Positions 38,129 through 48,873 of a stretch of 64,000 nt of DNA are shown here, piece by piece. The position numbers were made by a program, and so were the translations under genes. Position 1 is the first letter of the stretch. Every line of letters begins with the position of its first letter. The stretch is from Barthelona sp. PCE (lineage: Eukaryota). The DNA lies in assembly GCA_040285745.1 (NCBI GenBank), contig JAUFOR010000008.1:1302001-1366000 (forward strand), given 5' to 3'. Under the pieces are notes generated by a model that was given only the letters and a program-made list of their open reading frames with translations, was not told the DNA's origin and did no database searches.

Positions 38129-40213
38129 TTATGAGCTGCTACCCGGTTGATAGGGAGGCTGTTGTCCAAAGACAGGCAATCCACCCATTGGATTACCAGG
38201 AGCTTGATAATTTGTCGTAATACAGTACGGTGAGGCGCGTTCGCAGGTGTCAGTGACACGAACCATAAAAGAACGATACCAGTTCAATCCTTGGTTCATG
38301 TTACCAATAATACTATCATAAATATTAGTAAACTGCTCCAGCATGAAGTGCTGTTGTTGTGCGTTGGGATTAGAGATCTGTGCAGGTCCGCCTTGATGAT
38401 TCTGTTCAATATCGGAGATCATTGCATTCTGGCGGTTATTTTGTTGCTCTGAAACGGCCTGCAACTTCGTATCAATTTGGTTGAACATCATATCGACCTC
38501 TCCCATCTTTGCAGGGTTACGGAGCGCCTCAATAGCACCATCAACCTCCATCTTGACATCGTTCAGCAGCTTGGTGCGCTCATCGAATAGATTTAGAAGA
38601 AGCTTGACCTTTCCCTGTACCATAGCGGCGCGTTGCTGCTGCATCTGATCACCGTAGATCATGGGCTGGGCCAAATTTTGTGCAACTGCATCAATTCCGC
38701 CCTGATCGAGAGCACTTAAGATGGGGATATACTGCATTACTTGATCGTCCGCAGTCTTGTCCGCAGCCTCTGCCTGTGCAATAACACTCATCAAGCCTGA
38801 TACCTCCGACGTGATCTCTGCTGGGGCGGTTGTGCTTTGAAGGGCCTGAGACGTATTGGTTAACAGACGCTTCACCTCTGTTCTCAACCCGTTGCGCTCG
38901 TTTGCAATAGTCTGGATGCGGGTATACCCGCCCTTCTCAATTACACCTTGCAACTTCGTCTTTAGCTCTGCTGGCAGTTCTTGGACGACTGATCCCAACC
39001 CCTTGGACGTCAAGAACTGGCGTCCAGTAGTTGTGAGCTGATCGAGCTGCTGGTAATACGTGTTGTAAACAGTCTGGAAACGGGTAACATTTTCATTGTA
39101 GACCTGAAGCTGACGCGGGCTCAGTAAATTTTGGAAGTTTTCAATATCCTCAATCTCGTATCCCTTGACTTCGTCAACAAGGCGCTTGGGTTGCGGAAAA
39201 ACCAGATCCTCATATTCGGGGATTTGTGCAAAGAAAAACTTATCATTATCCACTTTAGCCTTCTCGTGGCGACCTCTGAGGTTGAACAGCATCTCTCTTG
39301 CCTTCTTTAGAAGGATGGGATGGGGTTCTGTTGTTCCCTGACCACCAGGATTGGTGGCTGTGATGTTGGCGGCTGTGTTGAGTGAGTTTAGTGCCTGTTC
39401 GAGCCAAGCGAGCTCATCACCGAACTCGTTAGCTTTTTGGGCCTCGTCAGCCTTTACGATAGCATATTCTGCACGCAAAATGAGTTCACAACAGCGACAG
39501 TGAGTCCAGAATAAGTTTGGAAATTTCGCTCTAAATGACTGCGGGGCTGCAGAAAATTGATCACAGGCCTGTTTGTAGAATTCAACTGCTTGCCAGTAGA
39601 GACCTAAAACAAGAGGGTGAGCTGGACCACGTGTGAGTGATACGTGTTTAGCAAATGCTTCTTGTGCCTCTGCAAGGAACATGAATTCGCACGCTTTGAG
39701 CCAGTGCTCGGTGAGGTCAACCGGTACGACACCCAGCTCGGGGTGTTTCACACGGTAGTCACGAATAGCCTTAGATATATTCGCAGCCTTGACAAGCAGT
39801 CGTCCAACTTGCTTATAGCACTCGGAGGTGTCCTCTGCTTGTTGAGATGCCACATGTGTGAGGCTTGCCATGTAGTTGTACATGACACTAATCACCTCAA
39901 AGGCTGCGTAATTGGAGCTGTATTTCTGTGACGAATCAAAGGAACTACGCCATTGCCATTGGAATTTGACAATTCCATGGCTCATGTCCGAGAAGAAGTG
40001 ATGCTTCACGTTTTTAAAAAGTCGAAGGTATTGCTCGTAAAGATCAAGTTCGGTGCAATCTTGCAACTGCTGACGAATTGAGTTTATATTGTTGATTGCT
40101 TGAGCGTACTGTGCTGGGTCAACTCCGAAATCTTTGCTCAAAGCGTTATTAAGGATCGAATCTAGTTGGATTACCGAGCCTTTCTTAAAAAACAATGCTA
40201 ATTGGTGTTCCAT
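38129..40213 (-). CDS. BRO1/ALIX-family ESCRT adaptor
   Basis: FQWQW.SSF, FE...VMYN, LAEAQE, KVDNDKFFF, GLNWY (V domain) and a Pro/Gln-rich tail. Confidence 0.9.
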   Translation of the reverse strand: MEHQLALFFKKGSVIQLDSILNNALSKDFGVDPAQYAQAINNINSIRQQLQDCTELDLYEQYLRLFKNVKHHFFSDMSHGIVKFQWQWRSSFDSSQKYSSNYAAFEVISVMYNYMASLTHVASQQAEDTSECYKQVGRLLVKAANISKAIRDYRVKHPELGVVPVDLTEHWLKACEFMFLAEAQEAFAKHVSLTRGPAHPLVLGLYWQAVEFYKQACDQFSAAPQSFRAKFPNLFWTHCRCCELILRAEYAIVKADEAQKANEFGDELAWLEQALNSLNTAANITATNPGGQGTTEPHPILLKKAREMLFNLRGRHEKAKVDNDKFFFAQIPEYEDLVFPQPKRLVDEVKGYEIEDIENFQNLLSPRQLQVYNENVTRFQTVYNTYYQQLDQLTTTGRQFLTSKGLGSVVQELPAELKTKLQGVIEKGGYTRIQTIANERNGLRTEVKRLLTNTSQALQSTTAPAEITSEVSGLMSVIAQAEAADKTADDQVMQYIPILSALDQGGIDAVAQNLAQPMIYGDQMQQQRAAMVQGKVKLLLNLFDERTKLLNDVKMEVDGAIEALRNPAKMGEVDMMFNQIDTKLQAVSEQQNNRQNAMISDIEQNHQGGPAQISNPNAQQQHFMLEQFTNIYDSIIGNMNQGLNWYRSFMVRVTDTCERASPYCITTNYQAPGNPMGGLPVFGQQPPYQPGSSS

Positions 40214-40515
40214 ATTGGTGTTTGCGGTTTATGGGTGAATGACAAACTTAGTATAGGGACATAAAGTAGAAAGCAAGTTTATTTGTGTTCTTGATGTACT
40301 GTTACATTTACTAAACTCTGTTAAGCATATAAGGCTTTGATGGAAGACTGTTTGTATTGCCACCTTTTAAATGACAAAGAGAATTCTCTTCAAGAATTCC
40401 CAAAATATCGTGGTTCTTATCTTTATTTTTGTTATTTAACCAGCACAATGTTTTTGAAATTCAATCAAAAGCACATTTGCATCAATAACAAGCCATAAAT
40501 TAAGCTACGCACGCT

Positions 40516-41298
40516 TTACTGAGAAAGACGGATATTCAGTTCCGTTGTAATCTCTCTAATCGAAACTCTTCCTTTTTCTGTGATGAAATCGGCCAGGTGC
40601 TCGAAATCCTCTTTTGAAACATAAAAGAAACGACCACGATCATCAAAAACACCAGATATCATATCATAATTGAGCATTTGGTTGAGTCGATTGACTATCT
40701 CTTCAACAATCATGTTAAACTCTGTAGCAAGATCCTCAAGCGTCACAATGCGTGCATCCTTAATATAATTGATGAATTTTGAGAGCTTCTCGTCATCTTC
40801 ATCATGGATATCGGCGTGAAGTGTACCTTCTGTTTGGACAGTGAAAGAATCCTTCCACTTCTCAAACTCCTCCTGCTCCTGTCGTTCCTTTTCCTGTTCT
40901 ATCTTACGAATACGCTCTTGTTCTATCTCATCAAGACGAGCTTGTTCTTCTTTTCTTTCGCGTTCTTTTTCCATATCCTTGCGCTCCTTCTCTTCTCGGT
41001 CGCGCTGTGCAGCAAGCCTTGCTTCTCTGTTTCGACGACGTTCCTCTTTGAGTTGATCTTTTAACATTCGGCTTTTGCTCACTTTTGTCTGTTTTGATGC
41101 AGGTTTTTTACCACTCCCGCGTACACCCACACGAGAACCACCCAGTTTACGGGTATCTTTGATTCTGTTCATCCTGTTTTCTTCAGCAAGAGCTTCTTCC
41201 TCAGCCACATGTGCTTTATAGGCCCTTAGCCTCACAATAATGAAGACTGTGAATGTAATGAGTATCAATGACGTTACGATAACCTCGAACGACAACAT
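40516..41298 (-). CDS. DDRGK1: DDRGK domain-containing protein 1 (UFBP1, UFMylation adaptor)
   Basis: N-terminal TM helix, E/K/R coiled coil, EFEKWKDSF, LEDLA.EF, GVFDDRGRFFYVS, GRVSI. Confidence 0.93.
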   Translation of the reverse strand: MLSFEVIVTSLILITFTVFIIVRLRAYKAHVAEEEALAEENRMNRIKDTRKLGGSRVGVRGSGKKPASKQTKVSKSRMLKDQLKEERRRNREARLAAQRDREEKERKDMEKERERKEEQARLDEIEQERIRKIEQEKERQEQEEFEKWKDSFTVQTEGTLHADIHDEDDEKLSKFINYIKDARIVTLEDLATEFNMIVEEIVNRLNQMLNYDMISGVFDDRGRFFYVSKEDFEHLADFITEKGRVSIREITTELNIRLSQ

Positions 41299-41358
41299 TG
41301 ATGAGTGTTACGGGAATAAAACAAAAAACTAGCAATAGAAAATAGTTTATTAAAATGA

Positions 41359-44300
41359 TCAGACTCTTGGAGCGGGAGAGATGCCAAAAGTCTCGAGGAG
41401 CTTAGTGCGAATCTCCTTCATCTCTTCAGTGGGTCTAATCCAATCGGTGGTTAATAATAACATCTCGATATCAGCATCTCCGAATCTGGGAAGGTGTTTG
41501 TGGGCCATGAATGCCATGAGCAGACGTTCTCCTGCGAGTTTTCTGACCTTTGCATAAGGACAAGCAACAAGCCCAATTAGAACGCTAAGAACTTCATTGG
41601 ACGCGGTTTCAGAAGCCAAAGAGGCAGAAAGGACCTCAACAAACTCCAGGATGACTGAAATATTGCGACATCCCTTCATCTTTCTTCTGATTTCTCTAAC
41701 AATCTCAATAATATCATCCTTTAAGATATCTTGGTTCAACAATGAGCGCTTGTTAAGGAGAGAAATGGCACGTAGACAGCTATGTATGTCGTTGGACTTA
41801 TCGTACTCATTTCCACAGTTTTGAACAGCTGGGAGCAAACAGTTAAGAAATGCCGTGGACATACCCTCCACCTCGTTAAAGATAGTATAGCACACATCCG
41901 CGGCACGATTTGCACATGTCTCGCTGTGACTACCAAGTGAGTTAATGAATCCCATACATAAAGAATCAAGAATATCAATCTCCTCCCTGACCTTAGCGTC
42001 AAGAGCATTAACGATGAAAGGAGACCAAACCTCGTAAAATGATTTACCGATAATCCAAAGTGAGTTCTGCTTCTTGAAGCGATCCATCGTAACCTCAACG
42101 AACTTATCACTTAGGTGAATGCTGACATCATGAGGGCAAATACTCAACAAGAACTTATCCATCTTGAATACATCAGGGTTCGTGAATATTAAATCGGTAT
42201 CAAAAAGAGAGAACGTAGTTTTTTTCTCGTACTTGGTAATAAGACTGAAGAAACACGTGATGGCGAGGTCACGTACGCTGTCGTACCACTCAAATATGAG
42301 GCGCATCAGATCGTTAACATAAAGCATCAGGTACTCCTTGAACTGATCATGGGACATAAATTTGCTGTACTTGCTTACCAGAACACGGTAGAAAACACAA
42401 CCAGCCTTCAGTGCAGCTTGGCGCACAAATCTGCCGACACCACCGCGTGAGTCAGCGATGTAATCATTCAAGCATCGATGAAGTGCTTCCGATACAAGGG
42501 CAATTTGTTCTGCTCCCTCGTGCTCAGTGAGCTTATCAAAGTAATCGCATACAACGTACACGAGAGACTGGATGGCTTGTTTCTTTGTCTCATAGTCACG
42601 AGCGTCTTTGTTCTCGGGGTAAATGGTAGCCTTATATAATTCCTGAATAACCTCTGACAGACACTCATGAGGGATGTCCTTGAACACACGGAAGGCAAGA
42701 CAGGCACCTCGACTGTGTGAAACGTTCTCACTAGAAATTCTGTCTATCAATGTGTTAACGTCAAAGAACGAACAAATACCAATTGCTTTAGCTGCAGACT
42801 CTCTGATGGCCTCATCCGGGTAGCCCAGGTGGTACATCAGCATGTCAACGTATATTTTCTTATAGTCAACTTTAGAAGTGTAAAATGTCAGCTCAATGGG
42901 GAACATCATGAAAATTGCTTCCATCAGGGTGTTGATTGCTTCTCTGATTTTTGCGCCTCCACGACCTCTGAAAAGACGTTGGTCATCGATAGTGCTGGGA
43001 ATATCCATAATATTCCAAAGGTGTTGCTCCAAACCAGATTTGAATGGTACGGCACGGATGATAGCTGCTATACTTGAGATTGCAGTGCATCTAACGAAAG
43101 GCTCGTGGTTTGTAACTCGGGTGAAGAGCTCGGGGATAGTGATGGGAAGAACAACATCAGGGTAGAGGTTGCAGATTCCTGCCAACAATTCAACTGCGAG
43201 CTCTCTCAACTTAGGATCAGTGTGCTCCAGACGGGAATCCAACAGATAGGAGACGAAGGTGTTCACGTACTGTGGGTAGTTCTTACAGATGTAGATACCA
43301 ACTTCCATATGCGCACGTGTAACGTTTCCAACAATGAAGTAGTCAGCCTTCTGTATCAAGTCGATTCCGTCAACAAAAGTCACAGTCTGTCGACCGACCA
43401 TTTCCTGGAACGCAGCACTGGCAGCGCGTCTGCAGTTAATCTCTCTGTCGACGCACATGGCAAGGAGCAAGCGGTCGGTAATGAGTGGCAGGTACTCCTG
43501 CAGCTCTCCATTGGCGTAAGTCCTGAAGAACGCCCAAAGTACATACGCAGTGGCGTCTCTAATGTTAGAACCGACATAACGCTTACCTACGAGTTTTTCG
43601 AAGAATAGACAATCGCAGATGATAGGGATTAGGGGTCCAATACGATGAGGAAGCAAGAGCCCACGGATGGCAAGCTCGGCAATGGCAAGTAGTGCACCAT
43701 GCCACACGTACTCCGGTTCGAATGATGAGAACATAGACATTATGAAAGCGACAACCTCGTCCGCCAAGAACTTGGGAAGGCGCTGTACGATACGGCCAAC
43801 ACCAGCGCTTGCAAGGACGCGGAGATCCGTGTCTGAGTCCTTGATACCATCTAAGCATAAGCAAAGAACAAACTCGAGAATCTCGCCATTTACGCAACCA
43901 GCAAAATCATCATCATTAAGTTCATCTTCATCCTCAGCAGCACGTGCCTGGGTCTGGACAGATGTATTTGATGACTCAGCGTTGGTTGTATATACAAACG
44001 GCTCATCAGTGAAACCCTGGATGCTGATGTTGTCAAAGAGAGACGATGCCTCCTTTTTATACTGCCACTGGGGTTTTTGGGCTGGGATGAGAATAAGGGC
44101 TGTCTCTTGTGCGAAGCCTAGATATACCTTACGAAGCAAACTCGATTTGCTATTCAGCGCCCGATCTTCGAACATCTTTAGCAGGTTAACGTATGTATCG
44201 ATGTGCTTGAGGTGCACTTTTGTTTGACGCAGGTTGAGAACTGTAGTAAGTGTGTCAAAAACACCGTTAATGTAAAACGAATCGCTACGGTTATCAGATG

Positions 44301-45003
44301 AAACGAGTTCAGTCAGTTTCTCAGTGGATTCCTTCAAGAAACGGGGGAGATACACAGGGAGAACATCACCTCTATTTAGAAAACGACCAAGAACAAGTGC
44401 AGCAGCATTTCTAACAGCGCCCGAGCGAGATATATACGTAAGTCCCAGTTCATAGATAATATCGGTTGCATGGGTTTCATCTGTCTCAGTGGCAGTATCC
44501 ATAGAATCCAGATCAAATGGGAGAAGTAGTAAGGTAGACATCCACATGAGCAGACAGTATTCGATGTGCCAGTATTGGTTAACATCAATTTCCTTCAGCA
44601 GAGTGCATGCAGCAACAACGGGCTCGAAATCAGGGACCTGATGAGGGACGAGCTTGACGGCAACCTCGGGACCACGGACTTTGAAGAGTTCAAAGAGAAA
44701 GATGGAGACATTATGGAGGCGCTTGAGGCATGAATGAAAGTCATCAGTGTCTTTCTCAAGAGTAAGAAGTTCTGTTGAGAAGTTACGGACACCTTCGATC
44801 AGAATGTTGATAAGATCACGAACAGCATCATCAATCAGTGTTGGTTGCTCTAAATATCCGTTCAATACTATTGATTGCATCTGCATGGAGTAAGCATCAA
44901 TTTCTACTCCGTCGCGTAGGCGGTAGCAAAATGCAGTAATTTGACCACAATGCTCAAAATGAGAAAGAGCCACTTTTTCAGTGACAGAGTTCAGTACGTC
45001 CAT
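41359..45003 (-). CDS. TBCD: Tubulin-specific chaperone D
   Basis: YLEQPTLID, KVRG, PHQVPDFE, WHGALLAIAELA.RGLLLP, NIRDA, DREINCRRAASAAFQE.VGR, DSRG.VG.FVR. Confidence 0.96.
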   Translation of the reverse strand: MDVLNSVTEKVALSHFEHCGQITAFCYRLRDGVEIDAYSMQMQSIVLNGYLEQPTLIDDAVRDLINILIEGVRNFSTELLTLEKDTDDFHSCLKRLHNVSIFLFELFKVRGPEVAVKLVPHQVPDFEPVVAACTLLKEIDVNQYWHIEYCLLMWMSTLLLLPFDLDSMDTATETDETHATDIIYELGLTYISRSGAVRNAAALVLGRFLNRGDVLPVYLPRFLKESTEKLTELVSSDNRSDSFYINGVFDTLTTVLNLRQTKVHLKHIDTYVNLLKMFEDRALNSKSSLLRKVYLGFAQETALILIPAQKPQWQYKKEASSLFDNISIQGFTDEPFVYTTNAESSNTSVQTQARAAEDEDELNDDDFAGCVNGEILEFVLCLCLDGIKDSDTDLRVLASAGVGRIVQRLPKFLADEVVAFIMSMFSSFEPEYVWHGALLAIAELAIRGLLLPHRIGPLIPIICDCLFFEKLVGKRYVGSNIRDATAYVLWAFFRTYANGELQEYLPLITDRLLLAMCVDREINCRRAASAAFQEMVGRQTVTFVDGIDLIQKADYFIVGNVTRAHMEVGIYICKNYPQYVNTFVSYLLDSRLEHTDPKLRELAVELLAGICNLYPDVVLPITIPELFTRVTNHEPFVRCTAISSIAAIIRAVPFKSGLEQHLWNIMDIPSTIDDQRLFRGRGGAKIREAINTLMEAIFMMFPIELTFYTSKVDYKKIYVDMLMYHLGYPDEAIRESAAKAIGICSFFDVNTLIDRISSENVSHSRGACLAFRVFKDIPHECLSEVIQELYKATIYPENKDARDYETKKQAIQSLVYVVCDYFDKLTEHEGAEQIALVSEALHRCLNDYIADSRGGVGRFVRQAALKAGCVFYRVLVSKYSKFMSHDQFKEYLMLYVNDLMRLIFEWYDSVRDLAITCFFSLITKYEKKTTFSLFDTDLIFTNPDVFKMDKFLLSICPHDVSIHLSDKFVEVTMDRFKKQNSLWIIGKSFYEVWSPFIVNALDAKVREEIDILDSLCMGFINSLGSHSETCANRAADVCYTIFNEVEGMSTAFLNCLLPAVQNCGNEYDKSNDIHSCLRAISLLNKRSLLNQDILKDDIIEIVREIRRKMKGCRNISVILEFVEVLSASLASETASNEVLSVLIGLVACPYAKVRKLAGERLLMAFMAHKHLPRFGDADIEMLLLTTDWIRPTEEMKEIRTKLLETFGISPAPRV

Positions 45004-45234
45004 TTGAAAGTACTATATTTATAATGAGAAAAGGACAGAAAAGTAAAAACAAAAAATAAGGACCACTCATCTAATTGCAAAGATTTATATCACAGTCAAC
45101 ATGCGACATATACTCTGTAATATTCCGGCATGGTAGTTATTTTTCGTGCGGTTGCATTTTCAAAAACCTGCCTTCAATAGTACATTGGAGAAGTATGGGA
45201 GAATTACTTGCTTACAAGTTGTACATCAGCGGCA

Positions 45235-45277
45235 TGTTATGAATCATAGTTACATTTGGAACTTGTTATTCATAACA
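45235..45277. repeat. Perfect 10-bp inverted repeat (hairpin)
   Basis: TGTTATGAAT(45235-44)/ATTCATAACA(45268-77) with inner AGTT/AACT; a second stem TAGGAT/ATCCTA follows. Confidence 0.6.
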
Positions 45278-45351
45278 CCAAATTCAGTGGTAGGATTTCT
45301 TTATTGTTTCTGACTGTTCCATCCTAATTATTAAGGCCACGTTCTCCTGAT

Positions 45352-47304
45352 TTACATTATATGCTTCAGCTTAACGTAAAAACGTTCTCCCTCTTCGGTA
45401 AAAGGATTATAGGTGGTTTGTACAAATTTGGCTGTTTGGAAAAACTGTGATACATCAAAAGATTCAACGAAGCGAACCCACCCATCAGTCTTTTTAAAAG
45501 AAGTTATTTCGATCGCAGTTGTATCAGGATTAAATGTGTACACCCGATACACATTATCGATGAATGTGGAAAGATTACAGTCCAAATCAAACAGTTTTGT
45601 CAGCTCTAAATCATCAGTATAGCCATAGATCCCATCTGGACATACTATTGTGTGACTATCAATAAAGGTTGAGAAATTATAAATGGCAGATTCTATATCA
45701 GCAGTTTTCTCAGATTGGGTATCACAAAGTTTACCATTCTCGTTGTCAAAATAGAACCGATCATTGTATATATTAGGAGTAAACCATTCATCACCCTCAA
45801 GGTCCTCATATTCTTTCTCTTCTTGCGTCCAAATTCCGTTTTCGTCTCTTGTTACAGTTACAAGTAGATTCTCACATGTGAAAATCAGCTTATCACGTGA
45901 ACTGAAGTATATATCGCCCAACAAAGATTCCTCAGTGATGTTTTCAACAATATTTGTTCGTATGTCAATCATCCTCCACCTATATGCACGATCAAGATAT
46001 ACAACGTGATGTTCCCCGACCCACGACCTGCACTTGCATTGATCTTCAAGAACGCAGCGTGTGAATACATCTTTTATGTCTTTACGCACATCAATTTGAT
46101 ACATGAGAAAGTTGTGGAAAACAGAAAGCTCATTATTGTCACTTATTTTGCTATGTAAACGCTCAGATGGACTGTTGGAAATCTCCTTCGGTATATGCAT
46201 AGCTGTTTCATTCTCAAAGTCCATCACAAGGATGCCTGAAGGTGTTTTGTATGATACTGTCTTGTTATACGCAAAAAATATTACATTGAGGTCAGGAACT
46301 CTTGGGTATTGTGCGCAATGCCAAGCAAAGCAACCTAAATCCAATAAGTTTCCTGATCGTAATTCATAAACATTTGAGTGAAGGGAAGTAAAATGGTAGG
46401 AGAAAGGAATATTGGTTAACACAGCTTGTGAATTCACTTCAGAGGAGCTAAATGTACATGAACTTGCTGTACATAATATTACTCTACTTGATCGACTTTT
46501 CAGCTGGTACTGCATTAAGATTTTCATAATTTTCTTTTCTCTATCAAACTCTAAAAGGTTAAAAACCGTTGTAGATTTAACTTTGAAGCAATTGAATTCA
46601 GGAAATAAACTCGATAGAGGGACTTCATGCGAACCACTTGCATCAAAAAATATTATCGATAGCAAACGACGATCGTCATTGTTGAACGGAAGTCTTAGTA
46701 TAGCGTTGGTATTGCAGAAGTGAAAGAATTCCGCCTTATTATGTAAAGCGGCGAAATCGAGGGGAAATTGGTCGTTAATCCAACGTACGATCGATCCATT
46801 TGGATTAAACGACATTTTAACAACTTCTTCTCCCATTTTGATATGATAAGTGTTACAACAATAAGGCAGCTTGTCATCATCAAAGAGTATTTCATTTCTC
46901 TCATTAAGATCAAATGGATATAATTCATCATTGTAATCAACAATTCCAGAGCATCTACTGGTCATCTCATGAATACGATAATAAGGACCAATTATTGATA
47001 TCGATTCGATTGTTCTTCTGTCGCTATCGAATAGGTGTAACATGGTTAAGTTATCATTGACTTTTTCAACAAGATAATAGACTGATGAATCCCAGTTTGC
47101 CCGTTGAAGTGAAGACTTATTTTTGCCATTTAACAGAACAATAGGATCGTCGGAGAAGGTGAGAACCGACCTTTGATAAGCTTGCCCTTCCTTATTAACA
47201 ACAGTGAACCCCATATTGCTATTAAAAAAATTGAGATTCCCTTTGATACCATTTCCCAAGTCTACAGATGAGTTATCATCCATATCACACATGATTTGCG
47301 GCAT
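45352..47304 (-). CDS. Hypothetical beta-rich protein (650 aa), probable lineage-specific family
   Basis: Long ORF starting MPQI; resembles 10728-12584. Confidence 0.75.
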   Translation of the reverse strand: MPQIMCDMDDNSSVDLGNGIKGNLNFFNSNMGFTVVNKEGQAYQRSVLTFSDDPIVLLNGKNKSSLQRANWDSSVYYLVEKVNDNLTMLHLFDSDRRTIESISIIGPYYRIHEMTSRCSGIVDYNDELYPFDLNERNEILFDDDKLPYCCNTYHIKMGEEVVKMSFNPNGSIVRWINDQFPLDFAALHNKAEFFHFCNTNAILRLPFNNDDRRLLSIIFFDASGSHEVPLSSLFPEFNCFKVKSTTVFNLLEFDREKKIMKILMQYQLKSRSSRVILCTASSCTFSSSEVNSQAVLTNIPFSYHFTSLHSNVYELRSGNLLDLGCFAWHCAQYPRVPDLNVIFFAYNKTVSYKTPSGILVMDFENETAMHIPKEISNSPSERLHSKISDNNELSVFHNFLMYQIDVRKDIKDVFTRCVLEDQCKCRSWVGEHHVVYLDRAYRWRMIDIRTNIVENITEESLLGDIYFSSRDKLIFTCENLLVTVTRDENGIWTQEEKEYEDLEGDEWFTPNIYNDRFYFDNENGKLCDTQSEKTADIESAIYNFSTFIDSHTIVCPDGIYGYTDDLELTKLFDLDCNLSTFIDNVYRVYTFNPDTTAIEITSFKKTDGWVRFVESFDVSQFFQTAKFVQTTYNPFTEEGERFYVKLKHIM

Positions 47305-47407
47305 GTTATAGTTGTACAGTGGTAGGAATGGGATGAAATATTTTTAACCTGATTTTCCAATGCACTTTCAGCCTAAAACGCCCGTTTCAGTGGTATTTAT
47401 TCACAAA

Positions 47408-48610
47408 CTACGACAAAAAATAGAGGGGATCATAGAAACCTTTCTTCTTTGTAAATGATACAGTAAAAGTAGCAGTAGCCATAAATCCATCACAACCTTG
47501 GTAATAGACTAGGAAAGAATCATCCTTTCCATCAATAGGACGCATGCCTTCAACAAAAACAACATCAGGTGTAAGACCATCAATATTGGTAGAATTGTCA
47601 CATTTCTCCCACACCTCAGTGGGACTAAGGATTGGTTCCTCACTTCTGTGTAGGATCTTTTTGGGATCATCCTTGTCCAAAATCAAAAAGCCAATGTTAT
47701 ACTCCAGCTTCCAACCTGGCTTTGAACTGATTTGACCCACTTCTCTTGCTGAATTATACAGGAACAGAAGGTTGCCATCGCTGAGCTTCATTGGCGCAGG
47801 ACCGGCCTCGACCAAGGCAGAGTCGAAGTGATCGTTACGGACTTCCATCCACGGTGTTGTGCGCTCATTCTCCCAGTGTAGCATATCATCAGATGTGCTC
47901 CAGTAAAGAGAGTAGTCGCCCCATATCATGCTATGGTTCTTCTTAGGCCACTTTTCGTTGATAATGACAGCGCCACTCTTTGAATCGCCGTCGTTCTGCT
48001 CCCAAAGCGGCCCATACTTCGTCCATGAGCCAGGGAGACCAGTGGGACTCGTGGCGACAGCAAGGTGGGGGCTAAGAGTGTCATCGTCTCTGTATTTAAC
48101 AGCTGTATAATGCATATAGTAAAACCCGCTCTTTTCCCAATAAACAACACGAGGATCCTCTACACCACCATTATCAACACCTGCAGTGTTGGGGGCGAGT
48201 AAAACATCGTCCATTGTGATGTGAGACCATGTACCATCGGGTTCTGACTCAGCAAACATGATATAACTAGGTCCAACGTCGTAGAAGGTGGGGCCGCTTA
48301 CGTTCTGGCAGCGAACAGCAAGTGAGTGCTTGATTGTGCCATCTGGTTGATGAAGAGGGATGTAAGCACTGTTGTAGTTCCAACGGAACACACTATCTGT
48401 CTCGTTGAGGAACATACCATGTTTAACAACATCGACTTTCCAGCTAACACGGCGCTGCATAGCTGCAGCTACAGCCCAAATAAGTAGAATAGTGAGTACG
48501 ATAAGCAGGATGACAGTGATTGATCTTGTGATTCTGTTACAAAGACTCCTGTTCTCTACTCCCGAGGTAGAGTTAACAGGAAGCTCAATTGCAGCGTAAC
48601 CCGTTGACAT
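47408..48610 (-). CDS. GH130-like five-bladed beta-propeller glycosidase, type II membrane anchored
   Basis: TM helix near the N-terminus; YNSA, GVEDPRV, KSG, FDSALVEAGP, P.VVFVEG, YYQGCD. Confidence 0.88.
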   Translation of the reverse strand: MSTGYAAIELPVNSTSGVENRSLCNRITRSITVILLIVLTILLIWAVAAAMQRRVSWKVDVVKHGMFLNETDSVFRWNYNSAYIPLHQPDGTIKHSLAVRCQNVSGPTFYDVGPSYIMFAESEPDGTWSHITMDDVLLAPNTAGVDNGGVEDPRVVYWEKSGFYYMHYTAVKYRDDDTLSPHLAVATSPTGLPGSWTKYGPLWEQNDGDSKSGAVIINEKWPKKNHSMIWGDYSLYWSTSDDMLHWENERTTPWMEVRNDHFDSALVEAGPAPMKLSDGNLLFLYNSAREVGQISSKPGWKLEYNIGFLILDKDDPKKILHRSEEPILSPTEVWEKCDNSTNIDGLTPDVVFVEGMRPIDGKDDSFLVYYQGCDGFMATATFTVSFTKKKGFYDPLYFLS

Positions 48611-48873
48611 AGTGAGTAAGGTTAAAAAGTTAAGAACACCATGGAGTACAGTACAAACGCTGAAATCCATCAATTTTGCCGGTTTCCAGTGTATGTATTT
48701 GTAGAATATATCGATAAAATGTATCAGAAGCTGTGTAATATATACAGGTTGCTATATTGTTTATTTCTGAACATTTAACTAAGTGGAATTACTATCAAAC
48801 ATCTATTAAACGGGTCAAAACGACTTATAACTGTATAAGTCGAAAAAATAATTTGTTTGTGATTTTTTCCCTC

